This document shows, one piece after another, positions 1 to 13,017 of a DNA stretch of 64,000 nucleotides. The notes under the pieces are model-generated. The model was given only the letters and a program-made list of their open reading frames with translations, had not been told where the DNA came from and ran no database searches. This DNA comes from Camelus dromedarius (Eukaryota). The position numbers and the translations under genes are program-made. Location: assembly GCF_036321535.1 (NCBI RefSeq), contig NC_087436.1, forward strand, positions 9,858,001 through 9,922,000, given 5' to 3'. Position 1 is the stretch's first letter. The number at the start of each line of letters is the position of its first letter.

Positions 1-1789
1 GCAGGGACTCACCTGTGATTAAAACACAGTCCAGCAGGCTCCCTTACTTCTTGTTACTAGCCTGTTTCCAACCTATTACTAACAGAATGAAAAGTTCTGC
101 CTACAAATGGGGAAGATCTCTAATCTTATGTAGAATCAAACTTAGAACACAGACACCATACAGAGCTCTAATTCCAGTTCAGTGACCCCCATAATCTGTT
201 AACACGGGAATATATCCACAGCCTTCTGCAATTCCTAAAAAGGGTCAATGAGGGCATTAACATAGCTTCTTGATGGTAACAGACTCTATCTAAAAAAGTG
301 ATGTGCATGAAGTCTCCATCCCAAATACTCTGCAGAACACAAAAGGGGTATAAAGAACTAAATAATGTACACAAATCTTTTAAGAGATGAGTGAAATCAG
401 CCTAGTACAATTTCATGTTGAGATCAGTAAGTGAAACCAGCCGTGTATAATTCCAGGGTAAGAGTCTGTTTTGGATTGTGCGTTTGAAAATCCAGTTAAG
501 TCGAGCAGTATATTCACTTTGGAAATGGTAGACATTTGGGGACTGAATCAAGGGAGAAAAGATACATTTGTTCCTTTTAAACGACCACACTAGGAGACAA
601 GAAGGAAAAGGGGGGCTAAAATCTCCTGAACCCCTACAACAATTCACCCATGGATGTGCGTCCCATGAAGATTTCTGGGTACTCTGAAGAGGCAGAACTT
701 TAGAAAGTTCAAAGAGAAAGTTCCCTGGACTGCATGTCAGACCAGGCAATATAAGATCTTGCCCCGATATCAAGATATCCAAGTTACCTGATCTCCCCCA
801 CCGTTCATCTAAAGAACTATCCCGCCACCAGGCCCAGTCACTCCCTAACAATTATCCTGTGGTTCTGCTTTCTTGTAAATACATTACTGTCCAACATACT
901 GATTCTTTACTTGCCCAAAGTCTATTTCCCTAACTAGATAATAAATCTGACAGTAACTAGGACCTGGTCTGCCTTGCTCGTGTATAGACCAGAACAACCA
1001 GAGCAATGACTAGCATATAGTAGGTGCTCAGTATACACTTATGAAATGAACTGACTTTTCTCATCAGTCCACACTAAACAAAAATCTCAGAAGAGGTCAG
1101 AGTCTTTCTCAGTCAGAGCAAAAAATCAGATAATGAAAATTTAATTCTTCAAATTCAAAAGAGAATCCTCAAGGAATGAATAAGACCTCAACCCAATCTT
1201 CTCAAAAAGAAAGTAAAAAAGGGAGGCCTCCAATTAAGCTTCAACGCCCGGGATGGATGCAGATGTCTCAGATTTGCCGCAGCAAACACTGCTGCGATGA
1301 TTAGATTAACACTGCCCCCCCCCCCAACACAGCAGCTGTCCCTGCTAAGATAATGAATAAATCTGCTCAGAATCATAATCCCCTTCGAGGAACAAAAATC
1401 AATCACTTTGCTTTTCCATAAGTGAGAAAGGACATGTGTGACAGAAACGAGGAGAAACATACAGACACACTCCAGTAACGACAAGAAAGGAAGCAGAACA
1501 CATATTAAAGGACGCTACCGCCTTGACAGTGCACACAGGATAAAAAGAATCAGAAGTAAGAGGCATACTGATAAACCAAAAAAAATGAAGGTAGAGGTGA
1601 TGAGGGAAATCTGGGCCAGTCTTCATCATATAAACAAAACCAAGTGTAAGGAAAACAAAAGACAAGACTACTTACAGTAGCTGAGGAAGATTAAAGTGCA
1701 GGCCTGACTTACCCTAAAACCCTCAAGGCAAGATGAATGAGAGGGTAAGAAAGACTCCCTCTATTCTGCTTATCCAATAAAGACAAGAA

Positions 1790-1947
1790 TAATTTGGTCA
1801 TTTAAATTTAATTAAGTAAAATTAAATTAAATTTTAAATGCAGTCTTCAGTACCACTGGCCACATTTCAAGTACTCAATACAGTATGAAGACAGCATCAA
1901 TACAGGACATTTCCATCACTGCAGAAGATCACCTGCACAGCACTGTT
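1790..1947. mobile_element. hAT-Charlie MITE remnant (MER3/MER33-like)
   Basis: ggccacatttcaagtactcaat...aggacatttccatcactgcagaa...cagcactg resembles the recalled MER3/MER33 consensus. Confidence 0.55.
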
Positions 1948-2149
1948 TCACGTTCTCATACAGCCAAAGAGCCCTCTATTACAAAATATATATCTATACA
2001 CAGGAGTAAGAGGATCAATCTGCTTTTGGCCATTAATGCAAGGATAATTTTTAAGACCACATTATAACAGCATGCACCATGTTACTGTTAATCAGGAAGT
2101 TCAACTGACCACATTCCCACATTGCTAAGCAGCACTCCCAATAACTAAA

Positions 2150-2340
2150 TAAAGAGCTGACTGGAATCTCCCTGGTGCTAGTTCTGAATACGTGCCTCCC
2201 TACTCACTACCTCAGGCAAGTCTCTTTCTTTCTGGGTCTCAGTTTTCTCATCTGTAAGTAGTGAGAAACTAAGCAAAAGAAGTTCTGAGTAATTCATACA
2301 TGTGATTAATGATACAATTTTAGAAAGACATTTAACAGCA
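2150..2340 (+). mobile_element. MIR SINE
   Basis: Core ggcaagtctcttt...tctgggtctcagttttctcatctgtaa. Confidence 0.65.
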
Positions 2341-5300
2341 TGTAACCAAAATGACAGCACATTAATACAGAAATTACATATGAGACATGAACAAGCTACT
2401 CTGATTCTGGAGAAGAGATTCTTACAGCTATGGTGATAAACAAATGCAAGGTCTCAACCACACTTCTGAAATAGCTGACGAAGACCAACGACTGTCTGTT
2501 CTAAGAACAGTACTACATTCTGATTCTCCGACATGTGTGTGGCCAATACAGCCGCTCGGTGAAACAAAATATCCCAATGAGTAGCACATAACATTAAAAA
2601 TCCACCCTCTTAAAAATTAAATGGTAGACACTTTAGTCAAAAATGGGTGTCTAAGAATTCCAGCCCCAAAACGGAAGAAGCTAGTGGGTCAAAAGCGGCC
2701 CTCTGAGAAGAGGTTCATACGCTACAGTGGCCTTGACTTTCCTACCTCTATGAAGGCCCGTCACTGGGGAAGGAAAAAAAAATCAGTAACTGATGATCTT
2801 CTGAGGCAAAATTATCTAAAGAACCTCGATCTAGGTTTTCACTCACAAATACAGAAGGCGGGAAAGGACTCAAACATTCCAAAAGGCAACAGATCTTTTT
2901 GGTGCTAGTTTGGGGAGGATTTCATAAAGTGAGGAAAGTGGAATGGAACTACTGGACCACTTTCTCATATTACCCAGGAAGGGAGGACATGCATGTGGCA
3001 GCCAGTTACCTGATGCTACTGGGTGAGCCTTCACTTTTCAGATATGGTTGGAAAGTAGGATCCAATCCCTGCAGGACTGAGTGCCATGACTGGGAACTTT
3101 TTTTTTCCTACAGCTGGTAAAACATATTGGAAAAAAGAATGGATTAGGTCCGTACACTGTGTGTCAACTCTGACTGCACAGAACACTTAGTCGATTTCAT
3201 CAGCTCCTCCAAGGGAAGAGCTTTTACAACATTCCGTGGAACTCAGCCATTTCTTTGGCTGTCACCAGCAAGCATCAACTGCTCTTATTACTAATAACCC
3301 TATCACACATGGCACTGAATTTAGATTCACACTAGCCCATTAAATATTTTCAACCTAAAAACTAAAGTCAAAACTTCTTTGAAGTCTGTTTAAAATAAAA
3401 TACATGTTCTCATTCCATTTTTCTCTAAAATTACTGTCACAAAAACAAAGTTCCTAAGAATATCTTCAAAAGTTGACTGGCATAAATATAAAAGTAAAAT
3501 AAAATCATAAACCATCTCAATAAGAAAAAACCCTCAATGATGAATATAATCCTAAACATTATCTTTTATGTTAACTGAGGAGTCCATATTTTACCAAATC
3601 AGGCTTTATTATATACCACGAAGATGAAAGCACTGCCAAATAACTGTAAAACTAATAAATGCCATCAATTAATAGTCCCAATTTTTCATAAGCATTGAAA
3701 GGTTAGTAAGTGCCCATTTTAGAACTGTTGGCAATAATTGTACGGATGATGAATGAATGAAGAAAGAAACATTCCCTGAGACCCTAGAGCGTAGCTGACA
3801 CTGGGAACACAACTCTCCTGCAGCAGGCTTGGTCCTTTAATTGGGAAGAGTTCAGTCTTTCCACGCAGATCCTATCCACCCTTATTCTGAGGTCAGGCTG
3901 TGATGCGGTCGCTGACCACTGCCGTCCGAGTTACCTTCCCCTCCTTCCGCTCAGCCCTCAGGCTGCTTGCGCCCGGTACCGGTCCGTCATCACCTCCCTG
4001 GTGGTGCCCTGCTTTCAGCGAAGTGTGTATGCTCGCTCTCCAACTGGATCCTTCTCTACGGACCTTTGTCTTTATCCCCTAAAGCAATCACAGCTCACCA
4101 AAATCAACTGGGAACTAATAAATGGAACATTTCTATGTAATAACGATCACATACGTGTATATACACAGGACACATACGGACACTCTACTGAATAAAACAG
4201 TATTCAGGATTATTTGTGTGTGAAATAAACTTTATTGAAATAACTTTGTACAGTGAAGCCAAAATTGTTACTTTTAGAAAAATCTGAACAGTCTTAAAAA
4301 AGCACCAAGTATTAATGAAAAATTTTCTTTTAATTATATAAGCCATTTCTTAAATATCAGGCATTTTGAGAATAATGTTAATAAGTGTCATCAGTATTGT
4401 AAGATACAATGTATTAATTCCAAATATACTTGAGTCATAAAAAGCTGAAGTTGAATAAGGCTCACATTTAGGACAAAACTTATAAAACCAAGTTAGGCCC
4501 TAAAAACAACACATTCTATCAACAATTATTAAGAACAAGGTGCAAAACAATTCCAAGATGGTGGGAAACCAAAAGGTTGTGAAATAATCCACTGTAACTT
4601 CAGACCACTTGAGGTGACCCCAGTATTTCCACATCCTCACGTTAGGCTGTTTCATGATATGGGCCTGCACTGCCAGAATCAGAAAGAGAAAATGTGTACT
4701 CAACCTAACTACAACTACCAAAAGTGTCAACCTAATTATATTGCATTAGTTTTACAACATAACATACTCAGTCTCTAAATTATGATGGTCAATTTACCAA
4801 GAACTGCCTACAAGCATTAAGGTTTTTTCTTGGTCATACTATATTATGTGTAAAAATAATATAATTTCTCTGTTGCAGTATTATCCATGTTTTATTCCCA
4901 TAAGCACTATAATCATAATTTTTAAATATGTACAAATTTCAGGCTTTCAGAAGAAAAAACAATAGGCAATAATTTATACAGTTCATTTCTGGTTAAGACT
5001 TCGAAATGTCACAATCCCGTAAATGTTTTTAGGATTCTACATTTTAATTACATCTGATTTATCTGAATGAGGAGTTGAGGGCATAAATTGCTGAGAAAAC
5101 TTTTCAGAAAGCACCTAATTTTCCAATTCGCTAAAACCCTGAATAACCCCATGTGGTGTAACGTGGTTCCAAAGCTGTAACGTGCACGCTGCTTGTTTAC
5201 TGTCTAGGTCACACATAAACCTTCTCAGTATTAAAGGGTCTATGTTCAGAAGAGTGATTCCACTTGGTTAACTTTAACGTCATGCATTACATCACTGTGA

Positions 5301-8300
5301 CACTGAGAAAAGAGCCATTAGTACCACGCTCCTTCTCAACACCTCTATGGCTGACCAATGCCTCTGTTTTCCTCCTTCTCCCATCAAGTTATCACCACAT
5401 CCTGTCATGCCAAGGGACTGAACAATCTCGAGAGTCCTTCACTGTAGCTCCCATCTGCCTACAGTTAAAGAGCTGTATGTTAGTAGTTAAATCTCTAGGA
5501 TCTAACTTGCCAACAATGGAAAAGATAGAAAAAGCTGGACCCAGGGAGGTGACATTCTTGCCTGACAAACAGACTGAATGGAGGTAAAACTTAGGCTCAG
5601 CATGTCTGAATGACATAGGAAACAGCCTAGGATACGAGACACTTTAAAAAGAGGCAGGACATAGAACTCGGTTAAACTGGGCATGCCTACATTTTAAAGA
5701 TCTCCAAGACCCAGCACAAACTCAGAATCTGGTACTAACTGTTTGGCCCATTTTAATTTCTGTATACCTTTTAGCAAAGACAACAGTGTATTTCACTGAT
5801 CTTCAGGCTTTCATTAGGAAATTAAGTAACTACCTAGCGCAAACAACTCCCCTGCACAAGCCCTGCTGCCTAAGACGACACGTCCCGGCAGACCTGACCC
5901 AACAGCACACTCGATACTGCCAGAGCCAGCTGTAACAAAAGAGGGGACACTTCCCAGAAGAGAGGACTGTCATCTTCTGGGGGGAAAAAAAAAAAAAAAA
6001 AAACCACAACCCTAAGCTAAGTAACAGGACTGTGCCAAAAGTCGGTGAAGAAATATGGTACTAGTGGCCAGTTCACGGAGGAGTTGAAAGTAGAAGGTAC
6101 CAATTCTGAGCCAGGGACAAGAAATCCATGTATAAGCTAGAACTAAAAAGATGAATCTACAGGTAGACACAGGAAGTCAGCCAGTAAAGAAAGAACACAG
6201 CGACACTCAGAACTATGAGATTGCCCACGAAGTGGAGAAAAGCAACAGCGTGGCCATCCTCACCAGCCCCCTGTGGCTTTCCCAGGCAGGCAAGCTCACA
6301 GTGAATCCCCTTCTCTTGACGGCATCCGAGTCTCTGCTGCAGCCAAGAGTCCATTAAGTCACACGTAGTTACTGCTGCTAAGCAGCTCGAAAGGCTAACT
6401 CGTGTCACTGACTGAACAGCATCCCCTTCTGAAATGTTTTCGGCCTCCCTTTCCGTGACAGAGAACCCACTCCCTGTGGTTGTACGAGGTGGATACCACC
6501 CACCCAAACCCCATCCCCTTCAAAATACACTCTCGAGTGTCCCTTCTGTCACTGGGATCTTACACACTTGCCCACATGCTGTCTCAAGCATACACTTTCT
6601 TACACACTCTCCACACCATCAGGAGTGACTACGTAATTCAGGTCCAGGCGACCGAAACACCCACTTCACTAGCCTCCGTCACATGTTCAGGCCTGCATCC
6701 CAGGTGCCCAGTCAACCAGGGAAAGTTCACTCCATGACTTTCATACAGGAGAATCAGTGGCCAGACCACTAGCCCCATGGAAAAGCACCTACTGAACGAC
6801 AGAGAGCAGAATCCTGAATATTCTGAGAACTTGCCGCCACACCGTCACTGGCCCTATTCAGGGCCAAGTCGTTCTCTTCCCCTGAACTTCAGAGCTCAAG
6901 TCCTGAAGGAGTCCCCACACTCTTCCAGAGCCCTAGGTCACAGGGCAGCCCAGGAAGCTCACTCCGCCACTTCTCTCTAGCAGCAGAGTGTTCTGAAGTC
7001 TACAATCTCCTAGTACGTTTACTTCCTAATCATAAAAATATAAAGTAAACAGCCAGTTAAGAATCCAAAACTTAACAATAAAGAAGATTACTGCCTCTTC
7101 CACCCTTCCCAAAGATCCTTCGGAACTGGCACAGAAAGGAACATGCCAGCCCACTCTCCCGAGTTTTAAAAGCTAACATACTTCCCAGCAAAACTGAGAT
7201 TTTCTGATACGAGCCTAGCATACAGCCACACAATTCAGTAGCACTTCCAGCAATTAACTGTACTTGTCTCTGCTGTATTTACTGCCTGTCTCTCTGCAGT
7301 AGCTACTATGAGAGCAGAAGCTGGAGGGGTCTTGTTCGTAACACCTGGCACATGGCAGGTGTAACAGCAGTTTAAAAATGAGTGTATATAGGATGCCCAG
7401 CCACTCACTCATGCACAACCACGTATAACTGCTGACTGAGAACCCGTTACCTGTAAAACACTGTGCTGGGCATGGGAGCCACAAAGATCAGGCATGAACT
7501 CAGTCCTCAAGAACATGCCTCCTGGCCTCTTTGTGGACAGGGATCCTTTCTGATGAAAATATGGGCACTCTAGCCAGAAAAATACTGAGGTAAATTGACT
7601 AAGACTTTGCATTAAATTTTAAGGGATTCCTGAGTGAAGAAGTCCAGATCTAGCAAGATAAGAAAAATCAAACACACACACGTGTCCTTTATTTATTGAT
7701 TTTCATACTCTAAGAAAGAACTTAAGTCAAAAGGTGATCAAGATAAGTGAAAAGACCAATCTCCCAATACTTTCAGAAAACAGCCCTAAGCTGGGCAAGC
7801 CTTTGTGTAAAAAGACCACTGAGAGTTCAGCGTCCACAGTACGAGAGCACACATCACTGATGAAGCCGCATACAAATCCCAGGGCTCGCAATACAGGAGG
7901 CATAAGTAAGATAAGGAATTTCTTATTACGAGAGAAAAAGCAGTAATACTGATGGGACACAGTCATGAAAAAGTACCTGAACGCCTCTAGGCTTTAATTT
8001 TCTTTTTGAAATCATGCTTTACTATTACTTCACTGACCTAAGTGTTATATAATTGTAATTAGTGATCATTAAACTCTTGAAAAGCATTCATAACTAAGTG
8101 CACGTGGGAGTGGTGAGAATAAACAGGCGGCAATACAGCCTACGCTGTGAAATTCTGAGAAGCCTTCCTCTTGGATCATAAAGTTTCAAGCAGACTACCA
8201 AAACCTCCTAGGAACAGCTTACTTAAAAGGAACAGCTTATTTAAGAGGAAATACCACATAAGAGTTTACTTTATTAAAAAAACCCTACAAAACGCCAGTA

Positions 8301-8765
8301 AATACTATTCCACAATAAACAAGTTTTCTCCAACTGTAATCATAAAAATGCTCCAAAAACTTCAAGTAACAGAAATCCTCAAAAGTGCAACTGATCTAAT
8401 TTCACTATTTCTCTAAACACAATCAATTAATAATTTCAGTTGCTAGTGAGCAAACTTTTCTGACTTGTGAACAACAATAAAAAGAGTTGTAATCTTCACA
8501 ATCTTTAGGGAAGGTAAAAAATGAAAAGCAGCAAGCTCAACTGGACACCCAGCACAATTATCAACTGTCAGAGTTAGAAGCAATCTGAGAAAGTATTCAG
8601 ATCAATCCTCTCTTAAGAAGGAAAGCCAGGACGTGGCAAAAGTATGACCAATAAGAATGGTCTTCAAATTCAGAGAGAAGATATAGACCAAATGAGATCA
8701 GTAACAGTACCATAATACAGTTCAGGACATGTAAGTTAAGTTCAGTAACAAATCTAAGTACTTAC

Positions 8766-8931
8766 ACTAAGAAGTAACTCATCTTTTGTTTTAAGAGGAA
8801 AGTTCTTATTTTCCTTCTCAACTTGAAAATCATCTTCTCCATCTGACAGCACTGGAGGAAGTGATACACGAGAAGATGATGAGGATGACGAGGAGGAAGA
8901 GGAGGAGCTTGAACTATCGGAATCTGTTTCA
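8766..8931 (-). CDS. NAF1: NAF1 coding exon 2
   Basis: Acceptor ttttcttctctccag|T, donor AGT|GTAAGT, 166 nt. Reads (S)ETDSD, a poly-Ser run, then RVSLPPVLSDGEDDFQVEKENKNFPLKTKDELLLS, matching recalled NAF1 (SLPPVLSDGDDDLQIEKENKNFPLKTKDELLLN). Confidence 0.95.
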
Positions 8932-11179
8932 CTGGAGAGAAGAAAAAGTTGAAAACAGTAAAAAAAAAAAAAAAAGCATTATTATGTTGGTATTATGTAA
9001 CATTTTCCAGCTAGGAAATACCTACTTTACTAGACGTTTACAGTTGAAGCTAGCATTTCATAAACCCACTGATCACATTTTCAAAGCCCCTGCTATAAAA
9101 ACCCTCTTATTACAAATGCCATACCTCTGTCTGCATATAATTGTGTGACAAACCACTGGCAGTATTCTGGGCAAGGAACCTATTAGTTACCAAGGACCAG
9201 ATCACAATTAAGCCAAGGAAGTTTCTTCTCAGTCTTCAGATAATTTGGAAACTTCTTGAAGTTACCAATCATGCTGAATAATCTACTCTCTGAAAACTCC
9301 TTTGGCCCTTATCTCTCCTCTTGGTTTAAATTCTGTTTGCCGGTACCCTCTTCTACCCCCTTTATGCGCTGTTTCTAAGAGTTCTATCCTCATTTTCTCT
9401 TCTCTCTGGTACTCTTTCCTCGGATAATCTCATTCATTCCAATGAGTTCAATCGTTACTGATGTGCAGGTTAAGTCCAAAATCTTCAGCCGTGATATCCC
9501 TAAGCCCCACCCCTAATCTCTGGTGGCTAACTGGCAACTGCAGTATGAATAACCAACACACATCTCCTACTTACAACTGGTTAAACGGAAAAAAACAGTG
9601 CATCCTCCTAACTAAATCTGCTTCTCTCTTTGAACTTCTATTTTATTTCATTGTTTAGTCCTCAATCCAGTCAAAAGCCATAGGTATCTTGGAATCATCT
9701 CAAGCTATTGCATTCTTACAGCCAATGACAAAATTGGTAACATGACTTCATTCTACTGGAAAAATCTGAATACAGAGTGGGTATCAGGTGCTATTAAGGC
9801 ATTAGGGTTCATTTTACTATGACTGATAATGACATGGTGGTTCTGTAAAAAGCATTTTATCAGAGATGCATAGTAAAGAACTCAAAGGTAAGGTGGCATG
9901 CTGTCTGAGATTTGTTTTAAGACTATCAGGTTAAAAAACAAGTTAGAAATGTATGATAAAACGAGACTAGCAAGATACTGGAAACTGTCAAGTTTGGTGA
10001 TGAGTATATGTGCGTTCATTCTATTACTCTCTGTACTTCTTAGTACAGAGTTATACGGAGCTATATGAAATTTGAAAACGTCCACAATAAAATGTTAAAA
10101 GTTTTATCTGTAATCCGATGCTCCAATTTACATCTCCATATCAGAACTGTTCTCTGAACTCATTATCTTACCGCTTACCAGACACCTCCAATTTTGCTGT
10201 GAGAGAAATCTCAAATTAACTGTCCAAATTTAACATTCCTATAGGTCTACAGCCTCCATTCGAGGTAAACTACTCCTCATCTCAGTAAGCCGCGCCCCCA
10301 CCCACCCAGCTGATGTCTCTTTGTCTAGGTCACGACCACATCTATCAGTGAGCATGACCAAGGAGACTTCAAATGATTTACTCCAGACACGGTCACATCC
10401 TCGCCAAATGCAACATTTTTCCAACCGCTTCCACACTAACCCCGGCCAACCTTGATTCACTGCTTCCGCTCTTCAACTCAGTTCAGCTCCATCTCTACAG
10501 AGCAAAACTTACGCTTAAAATTCTTCAAAAGTGTCTCTGGCACCACGGAATTAAAACCTTAACATGGCCAGGGGATCCTACTGGGCTGGGCTCTCCGATT
10601 ACTTTCCCAGTGCTCTGCTGGTTCCTTCCTGATTTTCATCAACTCTTATTGATTGACTGACTGACTGATCGGTTTACTTTTATTTTCCGTTTCTCTCACT
10701 AGAATATAGAGCAGGGGTCGTGTCTACTTTGTTCATCGGTTCAGTATCGCACGACACACTCGAACACTTGTAGACAATGTTCAGCGTGGTTTAGCAACGT
10801 CACGCCTAAGTCCCCTCCCACCACAGGACTTTCCTATTGAAAAAACACTGCGGAGCGCGGAGAGCCTCCAGTAAAACCCACGCAGAACATACAATATAAC
10901 AGTAAAAGGACACTGTTTCGCTAATTGCATGAACACTAGCTCACCACAGGGATTCTACGAATTAACGAAACTGCCAGGAGCCAATATGGAAACACAGAAT
11001 CTAACCGAGGCTCCGTTTATCCGGTTCAAATCACAAGAGCACACACTCAGCTTGATGGGGAAAAGTCAGATCTGACACAAACTGTAAGATTTAACCACAA
11101 AAGGACAGCCGAGTTACGGGAATAATCCCAAACCCTCAGGTGCTCCGTGCTCTAACTGAAAGTGCACCACGTACACAGC

Positions 11180-11920
11180 ACGCTCAGACCCCAGACTTAC
11201 GGAGAAGGGGGCTGACGGTGGGGCTCGCGTCCCCAGCGCGATGAGCCGGGGCGGCGAGGAGCGCTGCCCCGGCCTCCCGCCCCCCTCCCTCCGGCCGTCT
11301 CGGCCCGGCCCTCTGCGCGCTCCCGGCCGCCAGGCGCCCGACCTGTCCGAGTCGGAGTCGGAGTCCGAGTCCGAATCCGAGTCCGACGTCTCCGGGCAGC
11401 TCCCTCCGGGAGGCGGCTCCGGGAGCGACTGTGGCGCGGGTTGAGGCGGCTGCTCCCCCGCAGGGTCCGGGCACCCCTCGTCCGCCCGCGGCGCAGCGAC
11501 CGGAGCGGGGTCCGGAGCCGGCACGGCCAGACCCTGGGCCACCGCGACGCCGGCGCTCCCGAATTTCAGAGTCTGCAGCTGAGCGGCAGCGGCCTCCACC
11601 ACCTCCATGGCGCCGCGCTCGGGGTCTCGGTGGGGAGATACAGCCCCTCCGCGGCGGGGGCGACGCGCCGGCCCGGTTCCCGCGCTCCTCAGGTAGCCAC
11701 ACGCGGAGCAGTCCGGAGACGCGCCCCCGCTGCGCACGCAGCGGCACTTCCGGGGAGCGCGTGACGTAACGCGACGCGCCGGCGTCCGTTCGGGCGGGGC
11801 GGAGGGGGCTGCCACAGGCCTTTGGGGCAGAGACCCCGCGGGGTCCTAAAGCCGCCGGTTTCGCTGCGTCCTGGGAACCGCTGCTCGTCCGCAAGGCCAG
11901 ATGGCGAGGCTTTCCTTCTG
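11180..11920. promoter_or_regulatory. CpG island / NAF1 promoter
   Basis: Very GC- and CpG-rich block over exon 1. NRF1-like TGCGCACGCA 11731-11740, ETS/GABPA ACTTCCGG 11746-11753, CRE-like TGACGTAA 11762-11769, GC box GGGCGGGGCGG 11792-11802. No TATA seen. Confidence 0.88.
11343..11608 (-). CDS. NAF1: NAF1 coding exon 1 (H/ACA ribonucleoprotein assembly factor, low-complexity N-terminus)
   Basis: ATG at 11608 in Kozak context GCGCCATGG. Translates MEVVEAAAAQLQTLKFG...ETSDSDSDSDSDSDSD, matching the recalled mammalian NAF1 N-terminus (MEVVEAAAAQLETLKF). Donor CAG|GTCGGG. 266 nt, phase 2, compatible with exon 2. Confidence 0.93.
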
Positions 11921-12719
11921 CTGGATCTGGGCCATTTCCACTGAGACTGAGCTATGAAGAGGAAGATGGCAAGATAGGGGAGTGCACGGTTATGCGAGGC
12001 TCTGCACATCAGAAACTTGAGCCCGGGAACTACTTCTAGTAAACTTCATTTAGGTTAAGTGGATTTACAGCCATCCACAGACAGCAAGCGCGTTGACCAC
12101 TCATCTCAAAAATATTACTGTAACTCTTCCATTTCTTTTCTTTCTCCAAAGCACTCCCAGTTTAAGGAAAGCACTAATCGTGGACAAAGTGTTGCTGCTG
12201 GTTGCTGTTATGGTCGGCACTGCTTCATAGAAAGGATGAGATGGGATTAGAATGACTACCTTGGCTTGAGAAACCATTGCTCCAGATCATAAGGAAGGCA
12301 GGCACAAAGTGCTTAGGATCGAAGTAGAGATCAGAATTTTCTGGTTTTCTATTAGAACTTCAATTTAATGCACCAGCCACTCAGGTAATAGTAATCACTG
12401 GGACCATTTATTAAGCATGCATGCGTGCAAAGGACTGGGCTAAAGATTTTATCTGTTATTCACTCGAGAACGTACAGTGTGCCCTCCATAGTACTAGACC
12501 TTAATAGAAATTAAAACGAGAATTATACATAATCTCTAGTTTTAAGGAGCTTACAGTTTAATTGAAGTAAAAGTGTCAATGCACAGGAGGTAAACTAGGA
12601 ACATATTTGAAATGTAGAATTGCAAATGAAAGTTCAGCAGTGATAGAAAGTTAAGGAAGACTGATGGGGTGGATCATGGGGAATCTTCCAAAGAGAGGCA
12701 GGGGTTTAAACTCGAGGTA

Positions 12720-12930
12720 CTAGTGACTAACACAGTGATTAAGCAGAGCTTAGTGTTCCCAGCTAAATAGACCTGTGTTCAAATCTCAGCACTACTGTTT
12801 CTGTGTTAGTGCAACAGAGACTTTGGGCAGATAGCCTAACGTACTTAAATTTCCTTTTCCATCTGTAAAATGGAGATAAACAATACGATCCCATTTAGTT
12901 CATGTGAACGTTAATTAAGATTTTATACAA
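12720..12930 (+). mobile_element. MIR SINE
   Basis: gttcaaatctcagc...ctttgggcag...ttttccatctgtaaaatggagata core. Confidence 0.65.
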
Positions 12931-12938
12931 GAGAATGC

Positions 12939-13017
12939 TATTCCTTGCCCCAACACCTCCTCTCTGGATTTACTGGCCTGTTGTGTGGTGAGCAGTATGA
13001 GTTTGGACTTGGTAACA
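12939..13017 (+). mobile_element. 3' (U5) fragment of an ERV1-type LTR, same family as the LTRs at 17711 and 19616
   Basis: tattccttgccccaacacctc...gagcag...tttggacttggtaaca aligns to the last ~80 bp of the 19616-20109 LTR. Confidence 0.8.

Noticed and set aside
3850..5050. GC-rich patch and 3'-UTR-like AT-rich segment with a minus-strand AATAAA (~4230) as an alternative terminal exon or retrocopy
   Set aside because: No recognisable protein, poly(A) tail or TSD, and AATAAA is common in AT-rich introns.
1..8765. NAF1 exon 3 or an intronic snoRNA
   Set aside because: By eye I found no match to the expected ELPSVEEL... coding sequence and no convincing H/ACA or C/D structure. An Infernal/Rfam scan would be decisive.
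11114..11894. 233-aa and 236-aa ORFs and other overlapping ORFs in the CpG island as whole proteins
   Set aside because: They are stop-poor because of GC content and mostly lack an ATG start. Only 11608-11343 matches NAF1 and splices in frame to exon 2.
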